From Klebsormidium nitens (lineage: Eukaryota > Plantae > Klebsormidiophyceae), in the NCBI GenBank assembly GCA_000708835.1, contig DF237238.1:1-64000 (forward strand): a DNA stretch of 64,000 nucleotides. The letters are read 5' to 3'. Below the pieces are notes generated by a model. It did no database searches, had not been told where the DNA came from, and was given only the letters and a program-made list of their open reading frames with translations. The position numbers and the translations under genes were made by a program. This document shows positions 19,879 through 33,960 of the stretch, in pieces. Every line of letters begins with the position of its first letter. Within the stretch, counting starts at the first letter, position 1.

Positions 19879-22800
19879 CAGCTTGAGTCTGACTTCATTG
19901 TCCAGATATGCTCAAGGCTCCCGACACTGATGTGGTAGCAAGGTGGTGCTCGTAGCTGCATCGGTTTCTGTTACCAATCTGCTATGTCTGGTTCCAGCCA
20001 GTACGAGTGAGTCTAAAGAGTTCGCTTATGGCCGAACCTTGTGTTGCCCAACTCACCAAGTGAGAATGTGTCACCACGACCTTTTGTTCTAAATGCTGCT
20101 AGTACCACACTCACCTGATTGACCATTTGCATGCGGCACAACCAACCTTTGGACTCGCTCTTCAAGCGGGACGTGGAAAGTCGAAAGTCAAACCCCATGC
20201 GATGGTGCGAACATGAAGGAATGCAATTGTATCATGTATCAGTCACGGTTTGCAGGATCGCCACATATTGTATCATTCAAGATTGTATGTACTCGCAACG
20301 TCATGCCGGTGCCATACAATCTCGAGCGAACATGCATTTTGGCTCTGCCATTCGTGTTATAGTATGCATCCGCAAGGAGGTGCAACCGATGATCTTATCT
20401 GCCACTAGATTAGCACTTCAGGCTTCATGTGCTAGCCAACAAGTACATGGTGTGCATGATCGATTGCCCAATATCGGACACGTGCAACACTGGAGCTTGC
20501 ACGTGATCTGGAATCTGGATGCGCTTCAATGCCGCTGCCGGCAGCTGAGCCTGAGCTCACTGAGAGCTGGCAACTAGGTAGCTCAGATGCTCCTAGCCGC
20601 AGCCCGACTGCCAGTGGTGAAGTGGGAACGCTCACGAGTCAACGAGCCTGAAATGGTAACGATATCATAGGGATAAGTGCAGGTCCCTTATGGAGCATAG
20701 GCTATGCCGAAAGGGCGAGGGGCGATGGTGTTCGGTAGAGTGACCGGGCTGGGTTAGGTGGAAATGCAAGGTCGCGCCAACTGGCCATTCGGTAGACCGT
20801 TTCCGTTCATTGATCGTCGGCGTCAGGGGTTTGACGCGGCCGCACTCAATCACCAAAACCTGGGGCGGGGTTTGGATCGGTCGGCAAACGGACGTCCAAT
20901 TGAACCTACCGACTTAGTGGCGCCGGACGGGCGGGCTGCCGCCCGCGCCGCTTGCCGCGCGGCCTTGATTCAATCGCGTCGATGACGGTTCTGATAATAA
21001 TCAGAGGCTGTTTATCCACACGTCGTCTGATTAGGCAGGCATATGACCATTTTCTGTGGAAAAAATTGACACGCCTTTTTGACTTTGATCATCCAAAACG
21101 TACCTCTCTCTGCTCCATTTAGGGTGCCGTCTTGTAACGAATATCCCGATTCGCCAGTCACGCAGGCGAGCTCAGACCCTGTTGCGTTTGCGTCACCATC
21201 CGCCTGATTTCTTATATGCAAAACTCGCCGTCCTGCCGGCCAACTCATGCGAATCCCCAGCAGTGTGCGCATGCGGACGCTGGCAAAGCGTCATTCTGAC
21301 GTGCTTCTGACGTCAAGAAGGGTGACGGTGCTCGTAGAGCTGGTCATAGAGCTCTTCGTCAGGTGCTCTTAGAAGAGCCCGTTTCCGTCTCATAATCGGG
21401 CCGTTTATCGGGCATCAGCGAACGCCATAGAGGCAGAAAAGGGGCTGCCGGAGTTTGCCACCTGGCTCCACTTCCTGTGAGCGTTGAACGAGGCCGCCTG
21501 AAGCTGCCTGGCGCAGATCCAAAAGCATGGCCTGCAGAGGACGCTCCCCGCGGTGGTTTTGCTTGAAGAAAGTGGGCTAAAGTTGAGCTTCTCGATTTGG
21601 AGGAGCGGAGCGGACGGAGTGAAGTTGGATTGGCTTCCAAATCCTGGGGAGTATTAATTCAAAAGAGAGCCTGGGGGTGAAGTCGCCCAGCACGCCGGTT
21701 CTTCGAGTGACTCCCTGTACGGGGACGCTTCAGCAAGCAAGGAGTTGGAGGGAGGCACTTTAATCTGATTAACATTCATGGAAGCCGGATCTCGGTTTGT
21801 TGGGAGCGTCATGAGAAGAACTCGCCTGATTTCAAGTTCACGGAGACTTCGCAGCGATCCCGACCGTAGCGATGGATCAGCCTGAGGACGACGGAACGGC
21901 AGGCTGAAGTGGTCAGTCACGAAGGGGACAAGGTTGCGTCTTGATTGGACACCTCCGTAAACGATGGCGGGAGCTCAATGACGTGCGTCCAGATCGAGCG
22001 ACGCGGTGACTCCTTCGAGTGACGTGAACGCGTTGTCAGCGGTCAGCGGCTAACTCTGAAAGTCATGGCTCCCTCTAAGCCAACATTGCTGGACGGTCAA
22101 AAATTTCAGCAACAAGTGACAGCAATGGTCGTCTCAAGGGCAAACCGGTGCGGAGCGGAGCGGAGCGGAGCGGAGCTTGGCCACACTCTTGTGGGGCGGA
22201 ATGCCACAGCGAAGGTCAGCATCAGAAGGGCTGCAGCTGTTTGAGGGCCACGACCTTTCGCCGTGAGCGCGAAGCTTTTCTTCGCAACTGCCCCTGAAAA
22301 GTGAGAACTCGTTTCAAGATTTCATAATGGGGTCTGAAAGTAGCCGGGGCGTTTGGTGTAGATCAGGGCTTAGACGCGGGACGAAGCTGTGACACTTTCG
22401 GCCCACTTCGAGTTGCTAAAGTCTCGTGCCCGGAATCCATGGAATTGTTTTTGACCACACAATGGCCTAGATCCTTTCTTCCCCTTCCTTATCATTAAAA
22501 CATATGCACTGAGGTTTACTTGGAGTACCCGGTCAATGCAAAGGCTATCAACCTCTTTGTAACGAAGTAGACGATCAAAACCAGTTTGCACTTTCAGCTT
22601 TGGACTTCTGATTGTCACCTCTGTTTTCGCTGCTGTTCGCATCCCTCCCGCTAAGATGGACAGCTGGGGGTGTAGTCCATTCAAACAGTGCAAGGTCCGA
22701 CAGGAACACACGATATCTTTGTTAGAAACGATACTGTTTGGAAGACACTTCGCCTGTCTCCGTCCGTCTTTATAGGTGGGCCGTTCGCTTTCAGACTCTC

Positions 22801-23982
22801 CATTGCGGCCTCGGTTGGCTGATAAGCGCTGGCGCACTTTCCGCGGCAACTGGGCGAAGGTGCGCCTTTGCGAACGCTTGTGATTGACGCCCTCATGAGG
22901 CGTTTCGGCATGTGCTGGAATCCATCCCCTCTTGATGTGCCAGATGTGCCAGACACGCGCGTTTCCGGGCCACTTCTGATATCTCTTTCATGCGCAAACG
23001 GCATTGATGGTAGACAAAGCTGGCTTTGGGAGCGACATGCCAACATAGCTTCCGATGGATCCGAAATCAAATATCTTTCTTGATATCGTTCTGAACTGAA
23101 TCAAAAAGCTACAGTAGGATGCAAGCTTTGTCGCCTGGAAGTATACACATCTTGGCCACTTTCGCGCTGACAGAAGCGCGTTTCAGAAAGCTTCATGGAG
23201 GAAGCAAGACTTGAAGTTGGCTTTCTCTGAAAGACGTCATGATCGACCGGGTATTGGCATACGTTATGGGTGATGCAACACTTTCGTCTGGGCTGATTTG
23301 CTGTCCCTTGTGGTTAGAAGGATTGAGAATCAGGACCTCTGTACATGCATCTAGCGCAGTTACATCAACGAAATTTAATTGCATGGAACCCCGCAGCATA
23401 TATTAAAGAGGGCTCAACAAGGGTCGACATATACTTTCTTCGTTTCACTGCTATCAGCTGATCAGCCGCCTTAAGCTGAAGTACTTTAAGTTAATCGGTT
23501 GCCTTGCGGGCTGGATTGCAGTGGATTCGTGAACATTCCATTCCAATATATAGGCAACTTGACTTGGGCATCATCAAGTGCAACTTGACTTGAAGGCCCG
23601 TATGTATAATATAAGCTCGCAATCTTGGTTCAAGCCTGCAACTAGAATCAGCTCTCCTTTTTGAGTACTAAGAAATGATCTCTGAAGTTTCAGGGAGAAG
23701 CTCAAAAGCCGGAGCCCGACATCACTTGTGCACCATGGTCCTTGAACCTACTACAAAACCCAAAACCACTAGACGATATCGCCACCCACTCGGTTGGAAT
23801 CACTAGATCCCAGACGCTATTTCAACGCCAGTCCACATCTACTCCTAAGCCTTCCACTCTCTGATCTACGCCATCTTTATATGCCTCCTCACCACCTAAC
23901 CTGACTTCCTCGAAAAGAACCATCTCTGCTTTCCTAACCATACATGACTGTGCCTATCAGAGCATTTGCTAAGTTTGACTCC

Positions 23983-25804
23983 TCAAGAGGAAGCGGCCTT
24001 AGCCGCGACCCCATTTCCCCCGACCTTGAGCATGTCGCTCATGGTCTTGCCCAGGTCCCGGTACGCCGTCTTCCACAGCTCGACTTCCTTCTCCAGAGTC
24101 CCTACCACCTTTTGGTTCTCCCCCTGCGCATCTTCTGAAGCCTTGAGCGCCTTTCTCAACCGCTCCACTTCAGCCTCCAGGTGGCAGATGTTCGCCTTGT
24201 CGCTGGCTTCTTGAACCTGGAAAAAAGAGACACTGAAGACTGTTCAGCAGACTGTCATTTAGAAGCCTTTGTGAGTATGCTGCTTCGTAGAAAAACTTGC
24301 TGTTTCATCGTCCAAAACATAAGCTATATCAGCCTAAAGCAAACGAGCTGCGGTTGGGCTTTCGGATTACTTAGTGGAGTACTTCGAGTTGAAGCACTGT
24401 ACTCAACCTCGTCGAGAAGGCTGCTGATGCAAAGAGCAGGCTCTGAACGATAACATTGAGAAAATCAAACAACAAGCTATATACACTATGAAGTCATTGG
24501 TTTGTCTCCCTTCAAAGCAAAGAACCTTGCATTCACACTAACGAGCCTGTCACATCACCAGATGGCAACAGAAAGAGCCCCTCAGTCCTCCAGGTGTCTT
24601 AGCAAACTTTGACAGTCAGAAACTTTGTCCTTGTTTCTTTTAAAACGGGGCCAAAAGCAAGCAGATTCAACGAAAGAGAGCAAATTGGAGAGGAAGATTA
24701 CAGTCAAAGTAAACAAACCTTCTTCCTCTGTCGGTGGCGTTTGGCCTTGGCTCTGTCCTTCATTCTCTGCTCCTCAGTACGCGACATGCAGCGTGGTGAC
24801 TTCCTCCCATTGCAGGCCTTGTCAGAGCTTCCCTTCTCGCCATCTGTCTCCATGTCCTCGGACTCCTCCGGCGCCCCCGCATTGCCAGGGTCCTCCCACT
24901 CTGCTTTCCGCTTCTCCGAGCAGGAAGGACCACTTGGCTCTGCGCGGCGTGGGACCAGCTTTGACTTTTGCGCTTGGGGCTGGAAGAAGCGATGATCAGC
25001 AACGCCCGTAGGTGAGGGCTGGCTGTTCTGTTGGCTGAAGAAGTCTCGGAACATTGGCAAGCTGTCGCTTTGGGTGGTCTGGAGGGGGAATGCAGACAGG
25101 AAGTCGACAGCCCCCGAATTGTCGGTGGCAAGGGGATCCGCTGCGGGCACGGAGGTGCCAGCTGGGAATGCAGGCAGGCTCTCATTCAGCCCTGCCAACA
25201 GCGCCTGCATGCTGTCGGCATTCTGAGGAACAGGCTTGACAGCCCCAGCCGCCTGCAGGCTCTGCTCCGAAAAGTTGCTGCGCAAGAACCCGCTCAAGCT
25301 GTCTGCGAATCCCATCACAAGGCTTAACTCCACCTGAGCCTTTCCGCAGACTGCTGGGTCATCCTGCTTTTGAGTGGCGCCTTCCAAAGTGGCATCCATT
25401 TTCTCTTCGGCAGCCTCTGAGTCTGCAGGGCTGCTGAAAGCAGCAGGGACCTCCTGTTCCTTCTCGCTCTGCTCGTCCCCAGAACTTTGGCTGTGAGCCA
25501 TCTCCAGCCTAGGATTCTCCTCTGCTGGCTTGGCCGGCTTGTCAGCCTCCACCAACTGTTTCTGCGCTACCTTGTAGCGTGCCTTGGGACACAGAATGGA
25601 ATTGGAGAGCAATTCCTTCTGGCCCGCTTCTGGTGCATTAGTAGCCCGCTCAGCAAGGATGTCAGTGCAGAATGGACCAAACAGAGGACGGAAAGGCCCC
25701 GTCATGTCCACAGCGCCGCAGCTGTCAAGATAGGAGGTGCTGGCTGTACCGTCGCTGATTTGGCAAAGAAATTTTGCTTGTTTGAAAAAAATGTGCTTGT
25801 TCAC
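23983..25804 (-). CDS. bZIP-like protein (long disordered N-terminus, basic region plus leucine zipper); 5' end uncertain (possible first exon from ATG at 26052)
   Basis: Splicing 24719 to 24216 (phase 0) gives RTEEQRMKDRAKAKRHRQRKK|VQEASDKANICHLEAEVERLRKALKASEDAQGENQKVVGTLEKEVELWK. Confidence 0.65.
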
Positions 25805-26545
25805 GATTGAAGTTGTGTTGCGGACTGGGGAAAATTCAGTCTTCAGTTGTTCAGTTGTTCAAAAGCATCGTTAGGCGGCTCCCTTGCTCATGCCTGTCGA
25901 CATCAGACTGAGTCAGTGCTGGCTGAGTCCAGCCCTGTGCATGCAGTCAGACCGACTTCCGAGTGCGCTTTGACCACGACGGAGGGCGATCCCTTTCGCT
26001 TGTCGGAATCTCTGTCAATTTGCAGGGCTGATAAAGGAATGGGATCAGCCATCTTAGCGTATTTTGCGTTAGCTTCTGAGTACGGTTAGGCGTACTAACC
26101 GCTGGCCGCAACCGGCGTGCAGGACCGCAGGTCCGTGACCGTGTCGATACCACGAGCTAGGGTAGCGTGACCATGACCTCATGCCTACCTCATGCTCAAA
26201 GCAGCGTGCCAGCGCCCACAGCATACCAATCATTGTTCCTCCGCGCGGCCGCGCCGGCTACTGGAGTGGGCCGACCACGACTCCGGCGCGGCATCAAGGG
26301 TTTCAAGCATAAGTTGCAATAGCGCGATGCCACGTGGACGTGGAGATTGGAATCTTTCAATGCGCAGCTGAAATTTGCATGAACTTGAATTGTCGAAGTT
26401 GAACTGAATCAGCGCTTCATCACAAGCTGTGGATTGCCCGGGCGCAATCGCATCACCTATGCCAATGGAGCACCTGCTTGGTTGGCCTGCTAGCTAGTCC
26501 TAGATAGTACTTACTCTGCGCTGCACTTTCTTATCCTTCTCAATC

Positions 26546-29500
26546 ATGTCGCTCGTGCTATTTCCCTTGCTGCTGGCTGGCCTGCTCGTTTCTCATGTTG
26601 GTCCATGCACATCAGAGAAGGTGGCCATCGTCGGTGGGGGTGTCGGTGGCGCTGCTGCTGCATATTATCTGCACAAGGCTGATGGCCATGCCGAGATCCA
26701 CTTGTTTGAAAGGGAACAACGGCTGGGGGGGACGCTTCAGGAGGTGACTTTTGAGGGAAGGGTGGTGGAGCTGGGGCACCCTGTCTTTCACAAAAAGAAC
26801 AAGTTGAGTGCACAGCTGGTGGAGGAGCTGGGCCTAGAGACGGCTGTCCCACAAGGTAGGCAGCATTGCGCGCTTCCATCATATATGAGCCCGCAAAAGG
26901 TGTGGGACCTATGCAGTTTGAGGTGCTAGACCAGATTAGTTGCCTGACGGGTTGAACAACTGTCCGCGGCGTTGGTGGTGTCGTTAGTACCGCACTTGGT
27001 TTGTTTGCAACCGCTACAAGAGAATGGGATGTGCCTCGCCGTTTACAAAGATAGAAACACCTCACAATTGCCAATTGGGCACTTGCGTACAAGGAGACTC
27101 ACAATTGAGGACTTCGCACCAAGCAAGTAGATACTTGAATAAAGTCAGAACTGGATGATTGTTTGAACCGATTGCTCCACATCCTGGATAGATATGGATC
27201 ATTTCAACACAAGAAGTTCCTCATTTTGCAGGCCTGGACGGCTCATATGGCATTTTTGATGGGGAGTCCTTTGTGTATCGGGAGGGCGCAAACGACACGA
27301 ACGCAGACGACTGGCGCCGCTTCTTTAAGTACCTCACTCGATATACGCTGAACATCCGAGGCATGAAGTTTAACATCCAGGTAAGATTGTCTTTCTCAGA
27401 TTGTCTGTCACTCAGATTCCTTTCAGTTCAACATCAAACCCCATATCTTGTGTTCTGGGTCAAGTCTTTCTCTTGCAACTGCACAATGAGCGCTTGCTCG
27501 AGTTTTCTAGCTTCGTCCTCACTGCCAGCTTGCCTTTTAGGGCCCCTGCCCAAAAGCTTCTCGCTGCTGTCATCACCAAGATTTTTCAGCCATGTCCGAT
27601 TGCACAATCGGCCCTTCTCCGCCACCCTTGTGCGACAACCGCTTCCCTTGTAAGCAGGGATTCAGTGAAAGTGCCCAGGAAAAAGTATATCTTACCCAAC
27701 AGTCAAGAGCTTCAACACCCGTATGCAGTACATCTTCATAAGTCTGATACAATCACAGCTACTGGGCAGCACACCAACACACTGGTTGCGTTGCGCAGGC
27801 TTACCTGGAGAACTGGGAGAAGCTGTTGGACGACCCCCCGTTTGAGGACGTTCCGGACCTTTTGGACATGGTCAACATGGTGGAAAAAGCTACATACACG
27901 CTGGCACAGGACCTCGCAGACTCGTATGGCGCCTTAACCCTTAGGGTGAGCATCCGCACCATGTTTTGAGGAGTCTGAGGTCATCTGGGGGGCCCGGAGG
28001 AGGAAGGGGGGCAATCAGGTCTTGATATTGACCTTGTCGCCGTGTCGTTTCTCCCTTTTTAGGCCCAGGGTCGGAGATGAACAGCCCCAAAATGTAGACT
28101 CGATAGTCACTCCACTCTTGTATGCCTTTAATAATCAAACCTTGCTTCCGATCAGGGCTCATGATGTCTTGCATGAAACCTTCCGAAGCCCACCTGCGTA
28201 ATCTTTGCTTCGAAAGTCGTTACTAGATTTCGAGGACTTTTCCTTGGTGTCCCTATCGTAAGTCGGCGGGATCCCCAGGTTGTCCTCAGAAAAGCTCTAC
28301 GATGGAGCCGAGATTACATGCACAATTAAAAGTTGAGGTCGACGGCAGCTTCCACAAGCCGATACCTTCACTCAATATACTGACGTTCTTGGATATTGTA
28401 CTGCGCAGGACTTTGGCGCAGCCTCCACACGCTTCGTCTTGGGGCAGGACCCGCCAATAGTCAATTCCGTGGCCGCACACCAGGCACTGAGTGTGTCAAG
28501 GTGAGGGAGAGATGTACCAGACCGCCAGGAAGATATAATGCAGCTTAGTCGGTTACTTTGTGGCTATGTAATCGTGCAGAATGTATCCTACTCACCACCT
28601 TGCGGCAAGAGACAGCGGCCGGTTCAGAGTGTCGTATTCTTGGAGAACTCCACGGGCAATGGCCATGCTTTCAAATCGCATCAGTGAACGATACGCGTTC
28701 AGTCCTGCATGCGTCAAGCGAGGCCTAGAGTTGTTCAAAATGAAGCTTCAAACGAGACCAAGAGTTTGTTTTGATCGAAGTATTTCCCCTGATAAAATCA
28801 CGGCTCGTTTCTCAACAGGGCCTGCAGAGCGGATCAGCTGTGGAGCGTCAAGGGGGGAGCAAAGCAGCTCGTACAAAAGCTGGTGGACCAGTCCAAGGCA
28901 ACGGTGCACCTGGGCCATGACGTCAACGGAATTGATGCACGGGCAGATGGGGTTTACGAGGTTGATTGTCGTAACCTTCTGAAGTTGCACCTTGCTTCGA
29001 TGATTCGACTTGTAATTCGTAGAAGCTTCGAAAGCTGCATGCTCCGACGTTGCGCTGTGCAAGGTGTTCTGGCATAGAAGACAGTGAATTCCCGTGATTG
29101 TTGCATGCCTTTCGGGAACAAGTGTCGGCCTCAAAATTGCTTCCAAGTGTGACCGCTACAGTTGTGTCTCGCCTTCGCCTGCTGTATCGCATTTCCGGAA
29201 TAGGGCCAATCAGCAATCAGCCGTCTTGTCGAAATCGTACTCAGCCATCCCGTACCTATTGTCAAAAGTTGTCCGGGGGTTGGCAATCTGCAGTTGGGGT
29301 ATACCGTTTAAAATCTCCTTCGACCACGAAGGTATCCGCTGGGTTGTCCCCTCTGTCCCCTTCCTTTCTGCTTGTTTTGAAGGGACTCCCTTGAGATGCT
29401 ACGCGTTCCTCTCATGTAAATCGAGTCCGATCATCTTAATCATCTCGGATGAAACTCCCGGCCATCAGCCCTGCCGAATTACTTCGACCTTCCCTGCGTC

Positions 29501-31049
29501 TTCAACCTTCCCTCCGACGTCTCTTTCCCTCCCCAGGTCCGCCACAAGGGGGGCGGCAAGACCGTTTCGGAGGCGTTCGACGTGGTCATCATCTCCGCGC
29601 CGCTAGATCCGGACGAGTTGGCGCTGCCGGACGGCGTGGACGCGGGGCCGGACATCGACTGGCTGGACCAGGAGGTGACGCTCGTCAAGGGGACGCTCAA
29701 CCAGGTGAGCTGCGGCCGGGGGCCAACGAGCAGCATCACAACTCCTTCTCTTTTGTTCTTCGTTGTGTTTTACTCGTTGCCTTGAAGGTTCGTTTATTCG
29801 CTTGCTTTCCTATCTTCATTTTAGTGCCGGAAGTTCGGCGCGCTTTTCTGAGAGCTGCGTTTCTAACCTATGCGAGTCTTGTTATATTGTATTGTAGCGC
29901 CACGAATGAGCGGCTGGGATCGAACGGCTGGAACATCCGTCGAGATACGCAAGAAGCTCTGAGGGAGGAACTTTCAGAAGGTACGTCCGAAGCCTTGGAA
30001 GCAGCCGCCACGTATTCTCGAGCTCTGCTCTCTGCTCTGCTGACGTCTGACGATGTGTGGGGGGCATGCAGACCACGTTCAAGGTGGGCAAGAATGAGAC
30101 GCTTCCTGACGTCATCGCCACGGTGGACACCGTCTTCTTCCCAATCCACGCGCTGCGCCGCCTGTGGACCTTCCCGGATGGAGAGCACGCGTTCCTGGTG
30201 ACCATGGCCGAGAAAATGACCGACGAAATGGTCAACGACTGCTTCAGGTACCAGAGGCTATCTGATTGACTCAAGACTGTCCTAGAAGATTGGTTGACTG
30301 AAGCCGTTAGTCAAGACAGGTTTTTGAGCACGCTCTCACGTGAGTCCTCCTATGCTTGCGAATCCTGCGCAGAATAAGTACTCGTATATAGTTGTCAGCT
30401 CGTATTCAGTCTTCTCTGAGTCAGGCCTGGTTACGCTCGCTCTCGTCGGTAGATCTAAGCCTGATTGCCTGATCTTGTTGATCTGTGGGGAACCATACGA
30501 CGTGCGGGTGCTAATGTTAGTCCAACTCTATTGAAGTGATTGCTTTGTCAACGGAGCAACCCTTCATTGAAGACCTTTGAAAGAGAAGCGCTGATCGCTG
30601 CCTCCGCTTTCCAGTCAAGGCTGTCTGAAGTTTCGACTTCCGTCGTTTCGACAATTCATTCAATGTATTCATTGTTCCCGATTATCAGACGTCCCACGTT
30701 CTCTTGCAGCCACGTGTCGAAGATCAAGCGGATGACGCTGGAGAACGTGTGGCCGGACCTGAGCGCCAAGGGCAAAGGCGCCAAGTACCCTCCAATTCAA
30801 TTAGATGGCAAGAAGCTCCTGTTCCCCGCAGCCGTCGAGTCAGTAGTGAGCGGACTCGAGGCCACAATAATCTCAGCCAGGAACGCCGTTAGGTTGCTGC
30901 TGGAACCCAAAGAAGCCCCGATTGAGGAAAGTGTGGTGGCGGTTGAGGAGGCAACCGAGAGGGTTAATGTGGGCAAGGTGCCGGAGCATGTTCTGGGGGA
31001 GAAGACGGGGGCGGAGACCGCAGATCTGCCGGATCGGACGGAGTTGTGA
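26546..31049 (+). CDS. Prenylcysteine oxidase / farnesylcysteine lyase family FAD oxidoreductase (multi-exon, divergent)
   Basis: Signal peptide, then VAIVGGGVGG (FAD-binding), FEREQRLGG, GIFDGESFVY, STRFVLGQ, LWSVKGGA, FDVVIISAPLD, AVESVVSGLEATIISARNAVRLL, and C-terminal RTEL. These blocks are collinear with plant FCLY/animal PCYOX1. Confidence 0.85.
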
Positions 31050-31862
31050 CGTGCTGCATGCTTTGTTTTTGGCGTATCTTGAAAATCTCTGCTCAAACCA
31101 ACGCTGTTGGATTGTAAGCCAAGATTGAGTGCCACTATGAGTGGTTACGGACGTTTCCGCCAGCGATGGTCAAGGCCCATGCCATGCATGTCTCGTTCTG
31201 GCGTTGCCAAACGTCGGTTGTGTCGAATGCAATATATTTGATTCAATTGCATCTGCAATTGTTGGATCGACGCGACACGCGATTTTCGTCGAGATGCATG
31301 TGAACCCAGCCATGCAGTGTATGAATCAACGAATTCTTTATGCAAGGTCATCCGGAAGGATTGCATGATAAGCCCTCTGAGTGGCCGGAGCACATATATA
31401 CTAATACGCCTAGTAGGTTGCATTTAAACTTCATTCATGCATGTACATGTACGCGGGATACAGAACGTTACGACAATATCATGCATGTTGAATGAATTGT
31501 TGCTTGCGGGCGCGGCCACTTCTTTGAGAGGTAGTAGCAGTGACATGGACGTACCCGTGGTGTAGGTGGCCGGAAAGCTTCAAAACTCCATCCGACATCG
31601 TGAATCGAGTAGCCGAGACCACAATTGTTGCAAAGGAATTAAGTACATGACAACATAGCACCTTGATATACAGGCGGCCGATGATGCTGCACATCGAGGC
31701 ATGTCGCAAGCTGTTAATAGTATAAGAAGATATCCACTGCGCATGGCACTCCGGTGAGTCCTTCGATCAATTTTCAGTTTCATTTACCACTATGTCTCGG
31801 TGACGCCCTCTTTGCTTACAATGGTCCTTCTATCAGTGTTGTTACCTCATCCAGCGTTTCAA

Positions 31863-33960
31863 TCAGGCTTTGTCTTCCACAGCCACCTCGCTGGTTCCTT
31901 CCTTCTCACTCTCTTTCTTTTGTGCTTCCCAATCTGCTCTCGCCTTCGCGTATGCTTCCCGTTGCCGCATGCGCACCTTTTCTTCTAATCTCCGCCGGGC
32001 TAGCTTACACTCGGGGTGCGCCCCCGACATTACTTTCTGCAGTCCGTCCAGGACGTGCGTCTTACTCAGGGGGGCGCCGGTCTTAGCCATGGCCATTCCG
32101 CTCGGGGTCAGGTACATGAAGCACGGCACGTACGAAACGTCGTAGTGAACGACCTGCACGAAGGCAGAGTTGGACTACGTCCGAAATGGCGAAAATCCTG
32201 GGGAAACATGAATAGAGGCGCGTCGCCACAAACCCAACTGACCCCGGAGTGACTCTATTGGGGAGGTACTATACTTCACTAAGCATTCAGCGTGCAAACG
32301 AGAATAAGAAAAGAAGTGGAGGCAAAAAGGTGCAAATATTGAGAACGGCCGATCGGCGATGGGCCGTTCTTCCTTTACAGTTTGAATTGAGCCCCGGCTC
32401 GAACCAGTGCCTGGACGGTTTCATTATCGAACATTCGTCCTTTTTGAAGGAAGCCCGTTTGCCAGGACGAGACTGCCAAAATCTCACCTCCGGCATCCAG
32501 CTCTGGTTGTCGACATCGACGTAGCAGACGTCCAGCCACCAGGACTCTTTTCGCGCCATGTCGTTGACCATTGGGGTCATCGACTTGCACAGCTGGCAGT
32601 TCTTCGAGTAGAACATCACCAGGGACGCATGCCTGGAATATGCAAAGTTCGTAATGTCAAAAGAGTTGGGGACCCACGAAAACCCTCTGGAGTAAGCTTC
32701 CTGAACGCTTGCTGAGAGAAGTCCAGCCGAAGTATTGCATGGAGGGGCACTCAAGGAATAACGTTTGAGTTGGCGGGAAAAAATAATATCATTGACCAGG
32801 CTCAGATTGGCTCATAGGAGCATGCATTGGGAGCCGCGCACACCCGTCAAGAAACAACCCTGCCAACAGTTCCACTCAAAGTCTTCCAGACTTACAGTGG
32901 GGAAGAGACTGTAAAAGGTTGACTCAAAACGAGATGATATGTGAAGCCTCACTTTTTGCGCAGCAAGCTCTTGGCCAGCGCCTTCTCCTCCCACGCCGCC
33001 ACCGACTCTTTCGATGGCGGGCGCTTCTTCCCCGCTGCAAGCAGGCCGAGTTGCAGGCCAAGTTCAAACCAGCAAGTGTTCCTTAAAGTGGGGCGAAAAC
33101 TTACAGATGGATGCTTCAGGCAGACACAGGGTATGTTGGTAGTCTATCGTTTGCATCTGCCTCATTCTTTCTTCAAGTAATCTGAACTCTCAAAGGTTTG
33201 AGGGACAAGAGACTCACTGGCTGCGTGCACCATGTCTCGCACTTCCTCCACAAAGCCCGCAACTAATTCTAGTGGGTTCGAGATGTGGAAGGGTCGTTTC
33301 TCCTTGACGGCTCCACCTCGCACAGGGCCGCCCCCAGACGGCGGTCCACCCACACCTCCCTGAGGTGAACGCAACCTTGGGCCAGCCGCCCCTCCTGCTT
33401 TCCTACCAGCACCGTCTCTGCTCCGACCACCAGGAACCTCAGTGGCTGGCGCCTTTCTGTCAATTGACCCTTTTGATTGCGCAGAGAAGAGCAGTCCTTG
33501 CTGTGTGCCGTTCGGCGCACCAGCTGGTTTCAAGCGTCCCGCCTGTTTCTTCAAAGACTCATGGCTTGTACCCTGTGGTGAGGGGGAAGCTTTGGACTCC
33601 GCGTCTGCTTCGGTGCTTCTGACTGACACTGTGAGGAAAGCACTTGAATTCTGGGCACCGCGAACACCTCTTCGACCTCTGCCTCTATAGTGCCTAGATT
33701 CATTTGAGACGTCACTCGTTTCGTCTCGTAATTCCCGGCCAGAATTTCCAACACAGTCCTGGCCTTCATCACTCTCGCTGGCCCTTCGTCGAGGTATGTC
33801 CGAGAACAGTGGCTTGAGATAGTGCAAACTTCCTCCGGGCTGAAAGGCACTGGCGCAAGACGAGAAAGGGCTGCCCTCAACGGAAGGAGCAATGCTGAGA
33901 TCTGCACCCTGGCTCCAGAAGCGTGATATGTTCATCATGTTCTGTGACATTCTCTGCCCC
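31863..33960 (-). CDS. Thioredoxin-like protein (CQLC active-site motif); 5' exons uncertain
   Basis: LVMFYSKNCQLCKSM...VDVDNQSWMPE|VVHYDVSYVPCFMYLTPSGMAMAKTG (last exon 32153-31863). The long N-terminal extension probably comes from the 33162-34295 frame. Confidence 0.7.

Noticed and set aside
27925-29530. Apparent insertion with a telomere-like junction (CCTTAACCCTTAGGG) disrupting the prenylcysteine oxidase
   Set aside because: The motif is an exon end (YGALTLR|gtgag), and in-phase exons at ~28410-28500 and ~28820-28960 supply the expected middle of the protein.
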